The notes: generated by a model from the letters alone, not told the origin. A DNA stretch of 64,000 bases from Selaginella moellendorffii (GCF_000143415.4 NW_003314276.1:1724107-1788106), one strand, 5' to 3'. Numbered from the stretch's first letter, positions 1-12,879 are shown. Translations and numbers: made by a program.

Positions 1-601
1 TGGAGCCTAATCGCGCTGTTCTATATCCTTTTATTAGCCCTTCTTATGCTAATAGAGTTAACTAAACATCTTGAGTGTAATTAGATTGGACAAGTATAAA
101 GATAAAATTCCTACATACTGTTAGTTAAGCATATTTAGCCTAGTAGATAAAGAGGTTACCTCTTAACTCATTTCAATTGATGCATTTTATAAATTTTACC
201 CTATAGCACTGATTATAGGATAAGATTTAGATATATTGTCATTGTGGATCCTTAGAACATTGGGGGATAAATAGGGATAAAATAACCACTAAGGGCTCTC
301 TCATCAAGTAAATTGCCCCTTTTCCAATTGGCTTAAGGGGAGAAAGATAGGGTGTATTATATCTGGTATAAGAGGAAATGGCATAGGTTCGATTCCTATT
401 AATTAATGGCTACTTAAAAATATGATATACCCTTGAACAAAGTATATTCCTACCTTTTAATTTGAAATCATACATATTGAGCATCCATGCATACGTCCTT
501 CCTCTTCATTGAAGGTATCAACCATAAGACTACGATACAGGGCCTCACTTGGAATAACTAATCTACATAATAGAAGAATTGGTAAATTCAGTGTGGAAAT
601 G

Positions 602-757
602 AAGGTGTTAGTTCCCCTTGGCTTAATAGGGGTTGTTAATTAATAATTAATAAAGGTGTTGGTTCCCCTTGGCTTAATAGGGGTTATTAGTCAATAGTTA
701 ATAAAGGTGCTAATTCCCCTTGGCTTAGTAAGGGTTGTTAGTCAATAATCAATAAAG
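602..757. repeat. Tandem repeat, 3 x 51 bp
   Basis: Unit AAGGTG(T/C)T(A/G)GTTCCCCTTGGCTTA..GGG(T)T(G/A)TTA..AATAA starts at 602, 653 and 704. A purine tract followed by TGTAG at ~790-810 suggests the 3' part of an LTR retroelement remnant. Confidence 0.85.
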
Positions 758-1258
758 ATATTGATATCTTTGAAGGAAAGTTGACATCTCTAAAGGAGGG
801 GTGAGTGTAGCACATATGATCATAGGATCAAGCAAGTGCCCTTTTCTAATTAGCTTAAAAGAGAGAGATAGGGTGTGCTAGGGTAGAGTGAATAGGGTTC
901 TTAAGGAACGCATACTTTAGGCTTTCACCCTTAGGATAAGTTTGAAAATTTATTAAATATGAAATGACACTAGATTTTGAATCAAGACATAGGAATAATA
1001 CTATAAGGTTTATGACATTCTCTACATTCTATAAATATGCCCCTTAAGTAGATCTAGAGACTTACCATAAATATCACATAGGACTGAAATAAAACCAATA
1101 TATAGAGCATGATAGTAAGGGTGTTTAGCAAACATGGTAATCTATCATGTAGTGATATTGAATGCACCAACTTAAATAAGTTAAAGAGTAACCTCTTTGT
1201 CTAACAAAATGCACCAATTTAAATGAGTTTCTCTCTATTCATTTAAGTTGGTGCATTT

Positions 1259-1730
1259 TGTAAGCTCTTGAATTTAAACTTTCCAAACATTATTCAACCC
1301 AATACTATTTAAATTTAAAAACACTTAACCTTTATTCAAACCCAAAGACATTTAACCTCAAGTATAATAAAACCATTAATTGATTGTAAAACAATAGTGT
1401 ATAAACCCTTTCCCTCTATATTTAAACTCTTATATATTGTCTTTCAAGAATGAAGCTTTCCATTTGCTTGACACCTTACCCCTCAAGTTGAGCCCAATTG
1501 AAGGTAAACTAAACCTTTGAAATGTCAATTTTAATATATGGTGTGATTCCTTTAACCAACCAATAGAGTCAAACCCGAGACCATTCTAATATAAAATATA
1601 AGCTTATGAATTTAGACTTCTTTAGAGGTCACACAACTTAATACTATTCAAACTCAAGGATACTTAACTCTAAGTATTCTAAGACTTTTAATTGATTAGA
1701 AAAGGGGTGCACTCTAATTCATAACACCTC
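1259..1730 (-). mobile_element. Degraded Cassandra-like TRIM (two 5S-rRNA-bearing LTRs plus short internal region), copy A
   Basis: LTR units start at TGTAAGC (1259) and TATAAGC (1597). 1615-1668 resembles the reverse complement of the 5S rRNA A-box to C-box region. Internal ~1450-1596 is homologous to the internal part of copy B (TTGACACC.TACCCCT...GTCAAT.T.AATATAT..TGTGAT). The right LTR is truncated. Confidence 0.65.
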
Positions 1731-2154
1731 TTCCTTGTAGATTATAAATAAGTATCTCTTCTGGTAAAAAGAATATTATTTTTAATATCTTTTATTCTTT
1801 TCAGATAATTTGAGAGAAATAGCAAACATTTATAGTATATAGTATATAAATATCAAAAACATGTTTTAAAATATTATATACTAGTTATAGTTTATAAAAA
1901 TGTAAATATTGTAAGTAATATAGTTTTCTATATAGTATTGAAATATACTTATTTATATATAGCTATGATATTTATATATAACTATTTTAAACACAACAAT
2001 TCAACATAGTTTACAATTTTTAGAATTAAAAAAGGATTGGTGTCATAAACTGTATTATAGTATTTGACCTATCCAAATATTTTATAGAAAGTTATTTGCT
2101 ATACAACTATATCAAATATGTATATATACTTTATAAATATAGCAAGTTATAGCA

Positions 2155-5100
2155 TATGAGTGGAGTACATAGAATATAGAATGAAATACAGAAACATATT
2201 AATTAGTTTAAAAACCCTAGCTTATATATAAGAGTGAGTGGTCCAGATTGAAACTAATTCGATAGGTATTAAAATTCCACTATACTAAAATTAGTATATG
2301 GCATCATAACTATAAACTTAACCTCACATCATCCCCTTCTCTTAGAAGGATGGAAGGCAATTAGGGTTCTCTTATTGATAAGCTAGGATCTAAAAAAACA
2401 TTAAAAGAGGGCATTAGTGGATCTCTAGGTAGTGCTAATTACTCATAATCCCTTTGTATAAAGTATTTGGCCATTGCATATATATAAATTTTAGAGGATT
2501 AACTTTTTTAAACAAACAGTATACTATAAGATTGGGAAAACTAACTAACACCAAGTCATCCACTTTGTACTTTGCAAGTGGAAAATAATGAAAGTTTTAG
2601 TGCTATTGTTATTCCACTTGTATGCAGCCCATATATTAAGTAGACTCAACTTGGACAATTGGAAGAATGCTTATTAAATACTAATATTAGGACCTAACAT
2701 CAATAATTTGTGGTAATCAAGAAAGTTAAACTCAACTCTATTGGCAATATCAGATCATGACCATATAGGAACTTATATGATAAAGTATCAATAGAACTTT
2801 ATACCCCTATGACATATATATACTGAAGAGATGGCAAATAATCATCCTAATCTGAATGTTAAAAGTTTATATACTTTATGATCATCCATTTTAAAGTTCG
2901 AACAAGGTGTTCTACTAAGCCATCTATTTATGGATGATAACCACTTGTGAAAATGTGATGTATCCCCAACAAAGATGTTAAAATATGAAATGCTTTAGCT
3001 ATAAATATGGGACCATTATCTAAAAGAATTTTCTCCAGACAGGAATGTTGAAATACCACTCAATTGAGGGGGAAGTACCCAACAGTAATCATTAATACAC
3101 TAGCAAAAGCACTAACTTTCACCCAACGAGTCAAGTAGTTGAAGGCAATAATGACGTACTCATTATTAATAATCAATTATGGAAAAAGTCTCATTAGATC
3201 AAATGCCATAAACTCAAATGGAAGGGGAATTGTAATTGACTTCAACTGTCTTTCTATAGTATGAGGGGGAGTATTACAAGTTTGGTACTAAACACAACTA
3301 CATATATATTAGATAACATCACGTTACATCTTTAGCCAATAGAAAGACTTATATAGCTTCTTAGTCACCTATTACTGTCTTATATACCTACTTAGAATAA
3401 GAGAGTCACAATAAATATGGAGAAAGTGTGGAATAAATATTGAAGGTGCCACTAGCCGTAAATGATGATTAAGATCAATCCCAATAAAATAAAGGTGGTT
3501 ATTCTTAATGCGATATTCAGAATATAAATGTTAAAATGGTGAATCATCAACAAGTGATACAAAAATCTCAAACCCCTCACGAAACTTTTGGATCCATAGC
3601 TCAACTTTTTGAGCCTCACGAATCTTGTTAAGAGAAAGTAATTTTTTCTCCACACCTTGTGGATATTGAACATTATGTATAGCAATTGTTGATGACACAA
3701 AATCCTCATCTAGAAAATCCACTAATGTTAAAATAATAAACTTGTCAAGAACAAAAGAAGAAAGTAAAAAAGGTAAAAGAGTTTGAGAAAGGGTATTAAC
3801 ATCAGCTGTAAAATTCCTCAGGTGATAAACAACCTTAAAATTATATATCTGAAGTTTCAAAGTCCACTGAGCAATATGATCAACCAAGTTCTTCTCTTTA
3901 ATAACAAAGTAACTATAATATGATCACCTTCTAGTAATATTTGAGAACCATGCAAATATGTATAAAGCTTCTCAAAATCCCAAATTTTTTCTACACTCCT
4001 CTATTATGGAGTAGTTCACTTTATTGGTTTTAATGTATAGTTGATGTATGCAATAAGATGGCATTGATTAGGCACACTCAGACTCGTTTGTATCAACACA
4101 CTTCCAAGATTGATATCAATACCATCCACATGCAAATTGAAAAATTGAATGTAGTTAGGATACTTTAAAACTAGAGGAGTTATCAATAGCTCATAAATGC
4201 TCACTCACAGTTCATAGACCAAATGAAAGATGATGTTGACAACTTTAATAATGCTCGCAATGATATAATACAAGCATAAAGATAATCAATAAAATTATAG
4301 AAATATTGTATTTTACCTAAGAAATATTGCATATCATTCACACACTTTAGAGTAAAAAACTTTAAAATGGCCACAAGTTTGTCAAAATCAACTTGCAAAC
4401 CTTTACGAGAAATACAATACTCAAGATAAGTTATATTCTTAGACCCAAACACACATATTAAACTAACTTCCTACAACCGATCCAACACTTTATGAACATC
4501 ATAAACATGCTCCTCCCATATCCCTTTCAAGTGAATTAAAACATCATTAATAAAGTTAGTAGTCACTTTCGGCATATAATAAAAAACTTCATCCATCATC
4601 TGCTAAAAAGTTATTAGAGCTTTGTTCAAACCAAATGACATTACCAAGAACTCGTACAAATTAAATAATGTACGAAAAGCAATCTTGGGAACATCTTCTT
4701 TGGCCATCAGCACTTACTAGTATCCAGAAGTAATATCTAATTTGGTGAATCAATAACTTCTCCTCAGATAATCTAAAAGATCAACAATGTGAGGAAGAGG
4801 GTATACATCCAAGATAGTCACCTTATTTAATGGATAATAGTCAAGGCAGAAGCAAATACTCCTCTTAGGCTTCACCATAAAATGAAATTCACATTCCTAA
4901 AGACTTTAAGACATTTAAATAACACACTTTCTTTAATATTTATTTGATGTTCATGTATAAAATCTTGATCTCCTTTTGTAACTAATGTTAAACATGAACC
5001 TTGATTGAACAAACATCCCTACTTAGAATAGGATGACATGTTACAATCTTTGCCCTAAAAAACAAGTCAAAGTCGAAGAAATCAATATATTCCTTATTGA

Positions 5101-6845
5101 GTTGATCCATTGCTACAATATAAAAACTATTAAAGGGATTTGGAGAGGGAATAGAGAAATAAAATAAAAATATAATAAAAATTAATAAAGAGGCAAAAGT
5201 GATGGAAGAAGAGGGAGAAGCAAAGGGATGAAAGAGAATAGAAATGAGAGGAATGGAAGAAATAAAAGTAAATATAAAATAATAGAGAGAAGTTTCAAAG
5301 TCATATTAGCATAATTATGCAATAGCTAACCCATACCAAAGATGAGATCAAAAGCTTGACTGAGCACCATTTGCAACAATTAAAGTTTAAGCTCAAGATC
5401 TCCCACATGTATAGCTAGGTCTACCTCATCCCATACACAAAAATGTGTATAGCCATTGCTATAAAAAATGAAGATTGACTTTACTACATAATGCAATTAT
5501 AAATAGTAATATGTGGCAATAAGCTGAGCAAGAAGATAACCTTGAGCCTATATCAACTAATACAAAGAGAATAATAGAAGCCTAAAAACAAGCTTAGAAA
5601 GTAAACACTAGATAAATTGGTGCTAAATGAACCCTTTAATAATACTCTCAAAAGAAAGATAGAGAGGTACATAAACTTATTCACACGAAACAAGAAATTC
5701 CAGAAGCGAATGCCAAATTAATGTTTTTAGAACTAATCTAGTATTACTCAAACCCAAGGACGCTTAACCCCAAGTATTCCAAAACTTTTAACCAATTAAA
5801 AAAAGGGGTGCATTCTTGTTCATGAGCCCTTTCACTCTATATTTAAACCATTATAGATTATCTCTTAAATCATTTTCTTTGGTTGTTTATAATTTATTAC
5901 ACTTCTTTACGAATTCACACTAGAGTTGAGAGTTACAGCCAACTCTACTCTTTTGACACCCTACCCCTTAGATCAAACCCAACTAAAACAAATTAGAGTC
6001 AATCTCAATATATAATGTGATCTCTATAGCCAAATACCAAATGTAAGTTCCTGAATTTGGACTTTTCAGGAGGTCACCTAACCTATTATTTTATTTAAAC
6101 CCAAAGACACTTAACCCTAACTATCCTAAAAACCTTAATTAATTGGAAAAATGAGTGTCATAGGTCTTTTCTTTTTATATTTTAACTTCTATAGTTCTAT
6201 AGATTGTTTTTTAAATTGTTCTCTTTGGTTGCTTATATAATGCTATACCTGGCACGTGTGAAACTCACATAAATGCCAAAAATCATCCTAAGAATAATAA
6301 GTAACAATCATTGTAAAGTGAATGAACCAATGGTATATATCATCCTTAAAATTCCCACGAAATTTTTTTGGCTAGATGCGAGAATTGGCAATAAGAGTAG
6401 GAGGAATTGTACCATATATTGTGAATATTGCTATCAATTGAGTCTAATTATTCAACTGCAACCATATAGTATCAAAAAACTACACTAACTATTGCTCTAA
6501 AGTCAAAGTAAGAGGAAGCTACTACTTTGCCATAAAGATGAACAAAAAAGAAATGTAAAAGAGAAGAAATTGAAAAATCTAGAAGGAAAGTGAGATTTAG
6601 ATAATGCAAATTAGATATAAACCAAAATCCCAAATCCAAACATTCCTCAAGGACAATTAAAACTACCCTTCACCTCTACCAATATGAGTGGGAAATAAAA
6701 TGCAAAATATACATATTAATTAACCTAAAAACCTTAACTTACATATAGGAGCAAATAGTCTAGATTGAAACTAATCCGATAGCTATCAAATCCCACTATG
6801 CTAATATTAATATACAACATCATAGCTGTACATTTAGACCTCATA
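2155..6845 (-). mobile_element. Old, heavily mutated Ty3/gypsy LTR retrotransposon
   Basis: Similar terminal repeats at 2155-2328 and 6683-6845 (T(G/A)TGAG...CTCA(C/T)A). PPT complement TCATCCCCTTCTCT directly after 2328. Minus-strand remnants in gypsy order: gag (~6250-6540), RT (~4200-4880), RNase H (~3800-4200) and integrase (~2500-3400). Many stops and no TSD seen. Confidence 0.75.
5733..6237 (-). mobile_element. Cassandra-like TRIM, copy B (inserted in the gypsy element)
   Basis: Complete LTR 6042-6237 (TGTAAG...GCTTATA, 196 bp), followed on the minus strand by PBS-like TGGTAT (plus-strand ATACCA, 6034-6039). Internal region 5892-6041. Truncated second LTR ~5733-5891. The minus strand of 5738-5768, GTTAAGCGTCCTTGGGTTTGAGTAATACTAG, matches the recalled plant 5S rRNA GTTAAGCGTGCTTGGGCGAGAGTAGTACTAG at 26/31. 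6059-6080 gives the C-box end GGTGACCTCCTGAAAAGTCC. Confidence 0.75.
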
Positions 6846-8206
6846 AACCTAAATTTTAATTAAATATTTAGTTTTAAATAATTTACAGCATAAACAAACA
6901 GGATACTGCTGAAATTTTTATGTAACTGCACTGTAGCACAATTTATAAGAACAACTTACAACATAATTAATAGAATATAAATATCAATACAACTTATAAA
7001 GACAGTTTGTAAGAAGAATTTTTCAGACTATTATGCTGCTTTATGTTCTTCAAATCATTGCAAAAATATGTTGCAAAACTTGATTTCAACATAACTTAAT
7101 ATTGCAATTGAGCGGTAGTGAAGCCATGGTTTTTGCACTGAAGGGTTTTTGATTGCCTAAACTGCTGGAAATGGAATTGTTGGACTTGCAAATGAATTCT
7201 AATAATTGCTCAAGGATTGCTCAAGCCTCACAGCTTGTCATGAAGTTTTCATTTATTGAGAACAATGGTGCTTAGGTGGTGCTTTAAAAAACACTAATTT
7301 GACTATATGAAGTGAGACTGGACTAAACTGGATGGTTCTAGTTTTCCAAGGACTTCTCTAAAGAGTATAACACCAAGCTTAACCTGTTTTGTGAACATTC
7401 TTAGAAGTACTTGCAGTTACATGAAAAACTACTTTGTTTTTCAATGGCTCACTTTCATCTTCCCAATGATTCTCTAGAATGATACAAATCTGTTTAAACA
7501 TTAATTCACTATTTAATTATTTTAGACAAAGAATCCTGCATTATGAGAGGTTTTAGTTGTATTGAAAGCATTCTTCCCCTGTGGCTGCCATTCCTACTCA
7601 TCACTGTCAAAGACTTTGCAGTGTTGCAGGCAGTCGTGATTGTCGTTGCTGTCTAGGAGGATGATTGTCTTCTTGGTGATATCATCACACTTTCAACCTT
7701 GTTGCTATGCTCCACCATGTTGTTGAGGCCCAGTGTGTAACTCCACCCCGATGATCCGTTCCACCTGAGTGACACCCCATGGGTGAGAGAAGCCATTGAT
7801 GGATGTCAATTCCTGTTGGTAAATGCAGTGTTAATGGTGGTGGTACATCTAAAATATATATTTTCCATCTCTTTTCAATTCAGAGTGGATCACTGATTTT
7901 GTAAGGGTAGTTTCTATTGTGCAATGGCTGGTACTAGAATGTGATCCACTGTGGCAGTCTTATCTATTCCATAATGCTGGATTTAGAATAATTTAAAATA
8001 TTCTTTTTCAATCCAATGGCAAAATAAAGCATATCCATATTAATATTTATAAACACTCTAGTTTGAATTTGATAGACCGTGCAACACTAGAAGTTCCAAG
8101 TAGCTTCTTAGGGATAGATCCTTACTTGTACAACACTCCATCCGCTTGGCTTAAATGCACTCGCCCACCTGGCACATCTCCCACAGATTTTACCTTAGTC
8201 CAGGAA

Positions 8207-9957
8207 ATGGATGGGAGATGGATCTTGAGCATTTGCATCGTCCTCTTCACTGCAGCGCTATGGCGATTCGTGACGGTCTACTGGTGGAACCCCAGGGCGA
8301 TCGTGGCGCAGCTGAAGAAGGAGGGCATTCAGGGGCCTCCACCCCGATTCATGGTAGGCCAAATAGCTGAAATCCAGAACATGAGGAGCGCCATCAAGGA
8401 TCACGACATGGAAAGTTTCAGCCACGACGTCTTCCATCGGGTACATCCTGCGTTGCTCAAATGGCAGAAGCAATATGGTACGTTCATGTCATCACTGATG
8501 AATCTCAAAGTTTCGTGTCCAGGGAAGAGATTTGTGTTCTGGTGGGGAACTGAGCCAAGGATATCGGTCTCGGAGCCCGAGATCGTAAGGGAGGTTTTGT
8601 CTAAGAAGTTTTCTCAGTTTGATAAATCGGAGGCCGAGCTGCGGTTGGCGAACTTGTTCTTTGGTCGTGGATTGGTTTTTGTTACTGGAGAGGAATGGAG
8701 TCATCACCGGCGTCTCGTAGCACCGGCATTTTTTCATGAACGTATTAAAGTGGATATTCATACTATTATCTTCCAATGAAGTCTGGCTGATAAGTGTTTT
8801 TTATTCTCCTGTACACAGCAAATGACCGGTACAATCGCAGGGTGCGCGTCTCGCATGCTAGATCAAGTGGAGAAGCTACGAGGAGGAAGAATCCCGAGAT
8901 TGAAATCTCTGGAGAGGTGCGTCAGATCACAGGAGACGTTATCTCCCATACAGCATTTGGAACTAGCTATCTCAAAGGGCAGAGAGTTTACGAAATATTG
9001 TCTAAGAAAGTCCCAGAGCTAGTGCCCAAACTCATCAGCTTTTCCTGGATTCCAGGCTTCAGGTATGTTGGATCATCTACTGAACTGAATCATAATCACT
9101 TGCTTACAGGTTTCTCCCACTTCCAGTCAACCTCCGAATGTGGAAGCTTCATCAGGAGTTGGATTCTCTGATCACTGGGATCATAGACGAGCGTCGGAAC
9201 TCAGTGAAGTCAGGGAGGAGTAATATATACAGGAATGACCTACTCGGATTGATGCTAAAGGAGTGTGACAGCAGCAGTAATTTCACAAGCAGGGATCTGA
9301 TAGAGGAATGCAAGACATTCTACATTGCAGGGCATGAGACCACAGCCACCTTACTAACCTGGACTTTGATGCTACTGGGAGGCTATCCTGAATGGCAAGA
9401 ACGCGCCCGTGCTGAGGTACACGAAGTATGTGGCAATGAGATTCCTGATGGCGAGAGTGTCAGTAGGCTCAAGCTCGTAAGTCGATCAATATCTCCTAAT
9501 TCTAAAACTTAACTTCTTGATTCTTGGACAGCTGGGAATGATCCTTTACGAAACTCTGCGCCTGTATCCACCAGCAAACGAGGTGACCAGGGAGTGTGTG
9601 GAGGAGTCTTGGCTGCAAGATTTACACGTTCCAAAAGGAGTATCTGTGTCGTTTGCAATTGCTGGATTGCATCAGGATAAGGAGCTCTGGGGAGATGATG
9701 CAGGCCAATTCAATCCGGATCGCTTCAAAGATGGGATCTCAAGATCGTGCAAGCATCCCAATGCTTTCATGCCGTTTTCGTTTGGGCCGCGGGTTTGCGT
9801 GGGCCAGTCGTTTGCGATGATCGAAGCCAAAGTCATTCTGGCTATGATACTACAGCGATTCTTGTTCCGGCTTTCACCGAGCTACCGCCATAATCCTGCA
9901 ATGAAGTTTGGCTTGAAGCCTATCCATGGAGTGCCGCTTGTACTCAGTAAAATGTGA
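8207..9957 (+). pseudogene. Cytochrome P450, CYP72 clan, copy 1 (5 exons, +2 frameshift in exon 3)
   Basis: Exons 8207-8477, 8523-8749, 8819-9062, 9110-9476, 9532-9957. Motifs AGHETT, ETLR, PDRF and heme FSFGPRVCVG are present. Exon 3 is 244 nt against 242 nt in copy 3 because of two single-base insertions at ~8867-8871. Could be a sequencing error. Confidence 0.8.
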
Positions 9958-10614
9958 TGCACATTAAAAGTTCAAAAAAATTATGTTCGGTGAACTAGCC
10001 CCAGGTTCCAACAGAGGTTTCTGGATCTACCACCAAGTGAACTCGCAGGCTTCTTGAACGATCCAGAGCCAAGATGGCGCTGCCTCGTGGGTGTTCTTGA
10101 TTGCAATATTGCTATCAGTCTCTTTGTTTTTGTTGTTTAGTGGAGCCCACTCATGATTTCAAGATGTTGCTCAAACTTTGTCATGAGGATGGTGTCCTTG
10201 TTGGTGGTTCCATGGGTACAATACCCAAGATATGCTACAATGGGAGGTGTTTGTTCAATGTTGCAGCTATCTCTAGACTGTTCACTGTTGTGGTTCCCAA
10301 AACCACAATCTTGGAGGTGAGTGTCGCAAGTTGGAAGAGTACATTCAACACACGTGGCAAGAGTAAGTGTTGTGTGTTTCATGGCAAGAGTAAATGTGAG
10401 TGACTTTGTGTTTTTGGCATATGGAAAATTTACGCTAGATGTGGGATTTTTGGTGTATAATAACCCCATATATAAAATCCCTCTTTGCTTTTGTGATGTT
10501 GATACCTTATTAGTCAATTGCTATATCACTAGTTAATTATGGGACAGCTCATATCATTTGGAGATTGTCAGCTTTGATTTAAATAATGTTAACAGCCTAG
10601 ATTTTATATTAAAA

Positions 10615-10750
10615 ACTGGAGTGCACGAAATACATAAATGTGTAGAAAAAAACCCTAGTTTATATATTAGTCTAGATTGAAATCAATCTAATGGCTATCA
10701 AAATCCCACCATGTTAATAATTAATATATAGCATTATATTGTCACTTAGG
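10615..10750 (-). repeat. Solo/partial LTR related to the LTRs at 2155-2328 and 6683-6845
   Basis: Shares AAAACCCTAG.TTATATAT...GTCTAGATTGAAA..AAT...ATCAAAATCCCAC.ATG.TAATA with those repeats. Confidence 0.55.
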
Positions 10751-11579
10751 ATGATGTCTAGTATTTATGCAAGTTTCCCTTATATCTTTAAGGGATGGCA
10801 TTGCAATAATGGTTTAAGTGTGTGGTGGTGGATGAATCTGATGAGATTAATGAATATTTCAGTCATGGTTCTTGAAACGTGGTGGGTTTTGGCTTAGTAG
10901 AGATGACGCACCAAGTACATGGTCACACAAAAGCCTCACTTGCAAGTCCAGGATAAAAGTAAGGTGGCCAGGACTATTCCATTCTAATTTCCAGCTTCCC
11001 AACAATGGTGAAAGTAATGGCCAAGTGACAAGTTTTTCCTTGCATTGATTCATAGTATGCATGTTTCTTGAGCATTTGTTTCCAAGTTTGGGCCTTAGTC
11101 TTTATTTGAATACTTCCTAGCACTTACTCCATTTGTTTACTTTGCATGAATCAAGCATCAATGTCTCACTATAGTCATAATTAATGACATGTGCATATGT
11201 TTATGGTGGATCAAGCAAGTAGCAAATAGAAATAGGATGCTAGACTTGCAGTCAGGATGGAGGTCGTGTGGAGGTTGTGTAGAATATGTTAGATATATTC
11301 CACAGTTTATAGTGAGAGTCTATTCTAGGGTTTTATCAGAACATACCTTTCTTTTGTTCTCAAGTTCTCCTCTTCACAACCTGGGAAGTAAAGGAGAACA
11401 CAGTTTCAACCTCGAATTGAATATTATGAGAAAATTGTAGCCAAGGAAAACTAAAAAGACAACCACTAGGCATTCACTCTGTGATTTTCTTATATTTACT
11501 TTCGACTTTAAAAGAAATTGTTTCATACTTGTGTGGTTACAACAGATTTACACCCCTCATCCCATCCACAAGTATAACA

Positions 11580-12640
11580 TGCTTCTCTTGTTGCCATGCA
11601 AGGAATCGGTATGTACATTTTACATCCTTAAATGGTCTTTTGATCATTTGAAATAGGAAGAAGTCACAAATTTTGCAGCACCATTATTGATGTTGCATAA
11701 TTGGGAACTGGAGTTTGCAACTTGGGCTCCACAAATACACATTATATGTTAATCATTAAAAACTCTTGACAATCTTATATGCTGGAAATACCAAAGCATA
11801 GAGAATATGAATTTTCTATCTAAAGATGGATAATAAAAAAAAAGTATTACTCAAAATGGAAGCATTCAAAGCAAGATCGCATCAAATTCAATGTTTCACT
11901 AATGTTGTACTTTAGATGTAGCCATTTTAAAATCAATCAAGTAAAAAGCTTGGTCAATATATTGTTATTTTTTGACTACTAGTTACTTATGCCATTGTAG
12001 ATTGTGGATGAAGGCCACTGTTTAAAGAGCAAAGAGTCGAAGTTATTTCAAACATTACTTAATATATCATCAAGTTCTTTTAACTGGCACACCTTTGCAA
12101 ATTTTTTATTTTCTTTTGATCCTCTTACAACCATAGCATTTGCCACTGCAGAATAATCTGGACAAGCTTGTTACTTTGATGAATTTTCTTGATGCTAGCA
12201 AGGGAGCTACAACCTGACTATATGGATTTTATTTTCTTGTTCACGCTTTTTTCAAGCTTAGAAGAGTTCAGCAGGAGTTTAGAGACCTTAACCAGGAAGA
12301 ACAAGTGAGCAAGCTGCATAAGATGCTGCCCTCACATTCGTTTCAAAGTAAGCAGTAGTTTAGTTTTTTATTTGTTCTCTAACATTGCCATGCAACAAAA
12401 TAAGGGGTCCAAAATTTGTACTAAAGCCCCTACCTCCCAAGAAGGAGCTAATGCAGTGTAGAAAGAACTATATAAAGAAAATCTAACTCGAAACTTGAGA
12501 CACTGAACAAGCAAGGATGGTCGTGCATCACTACAATTACCAATAGGTCTCTTTGAACAATGTTGTTATGGAGTTGTGAAAGCTGTATGGACACCTGTTG
12601 AGCCTCATTCCAAAAATGAGGGAAAAGAGAACACTTATAA
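11580..12640 (+). pseudogene. PICKLE/CHD3-type SNF2 chromatin remodeller ATPase fragment (intron-containing pseudogene)
   Basis: Manual translation gives, in order: APLLMLHNWELEFATWAPQ (~11680), KQDRIKFNV (~11870), IVDEGHCLKSKESKLFQTL (12001), HQVLLTGTPLQ, NNLDKLVTLMNFLDASK, EFRDLNQEEQVSKLHKML, LPPKKEL and SLNNVVMEL*K. This is colinear with the recalled PKL helicase domain but carries stops and frameshifts. Confidence 0.85.
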
Positions 12641-12879
12641 GTTAGTCAATGCATATTACATTTTGATTCGGATAGACAGAATAGGGTTGTCAGCATATAT
12701 TATTATGCCCCCCCCCCTCTCTCTCTATGTCTGTGTGTCTTCCCAAGGTGTGTCCCTTTTTCCCATAGAGATGTACTTGTAGATATCATAGAAGGATCAC
12801 TAGATACAAAAGCACATATCACATAAAAATGACTACATATAAATGTCTATATCATTGAAATGATAACTAGATATAAGAT

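Noticed and set aside
602-757. CRISPR-like array
   Set aside because: Contiguous tandem units with no unique spacers, in a eukaryotic context.
8063-8206. N-terminal extension of CYP copy 1
   Set aside because: Starts at TTG and the frame is not conserved in copy 3; the real start is ATG 8207.
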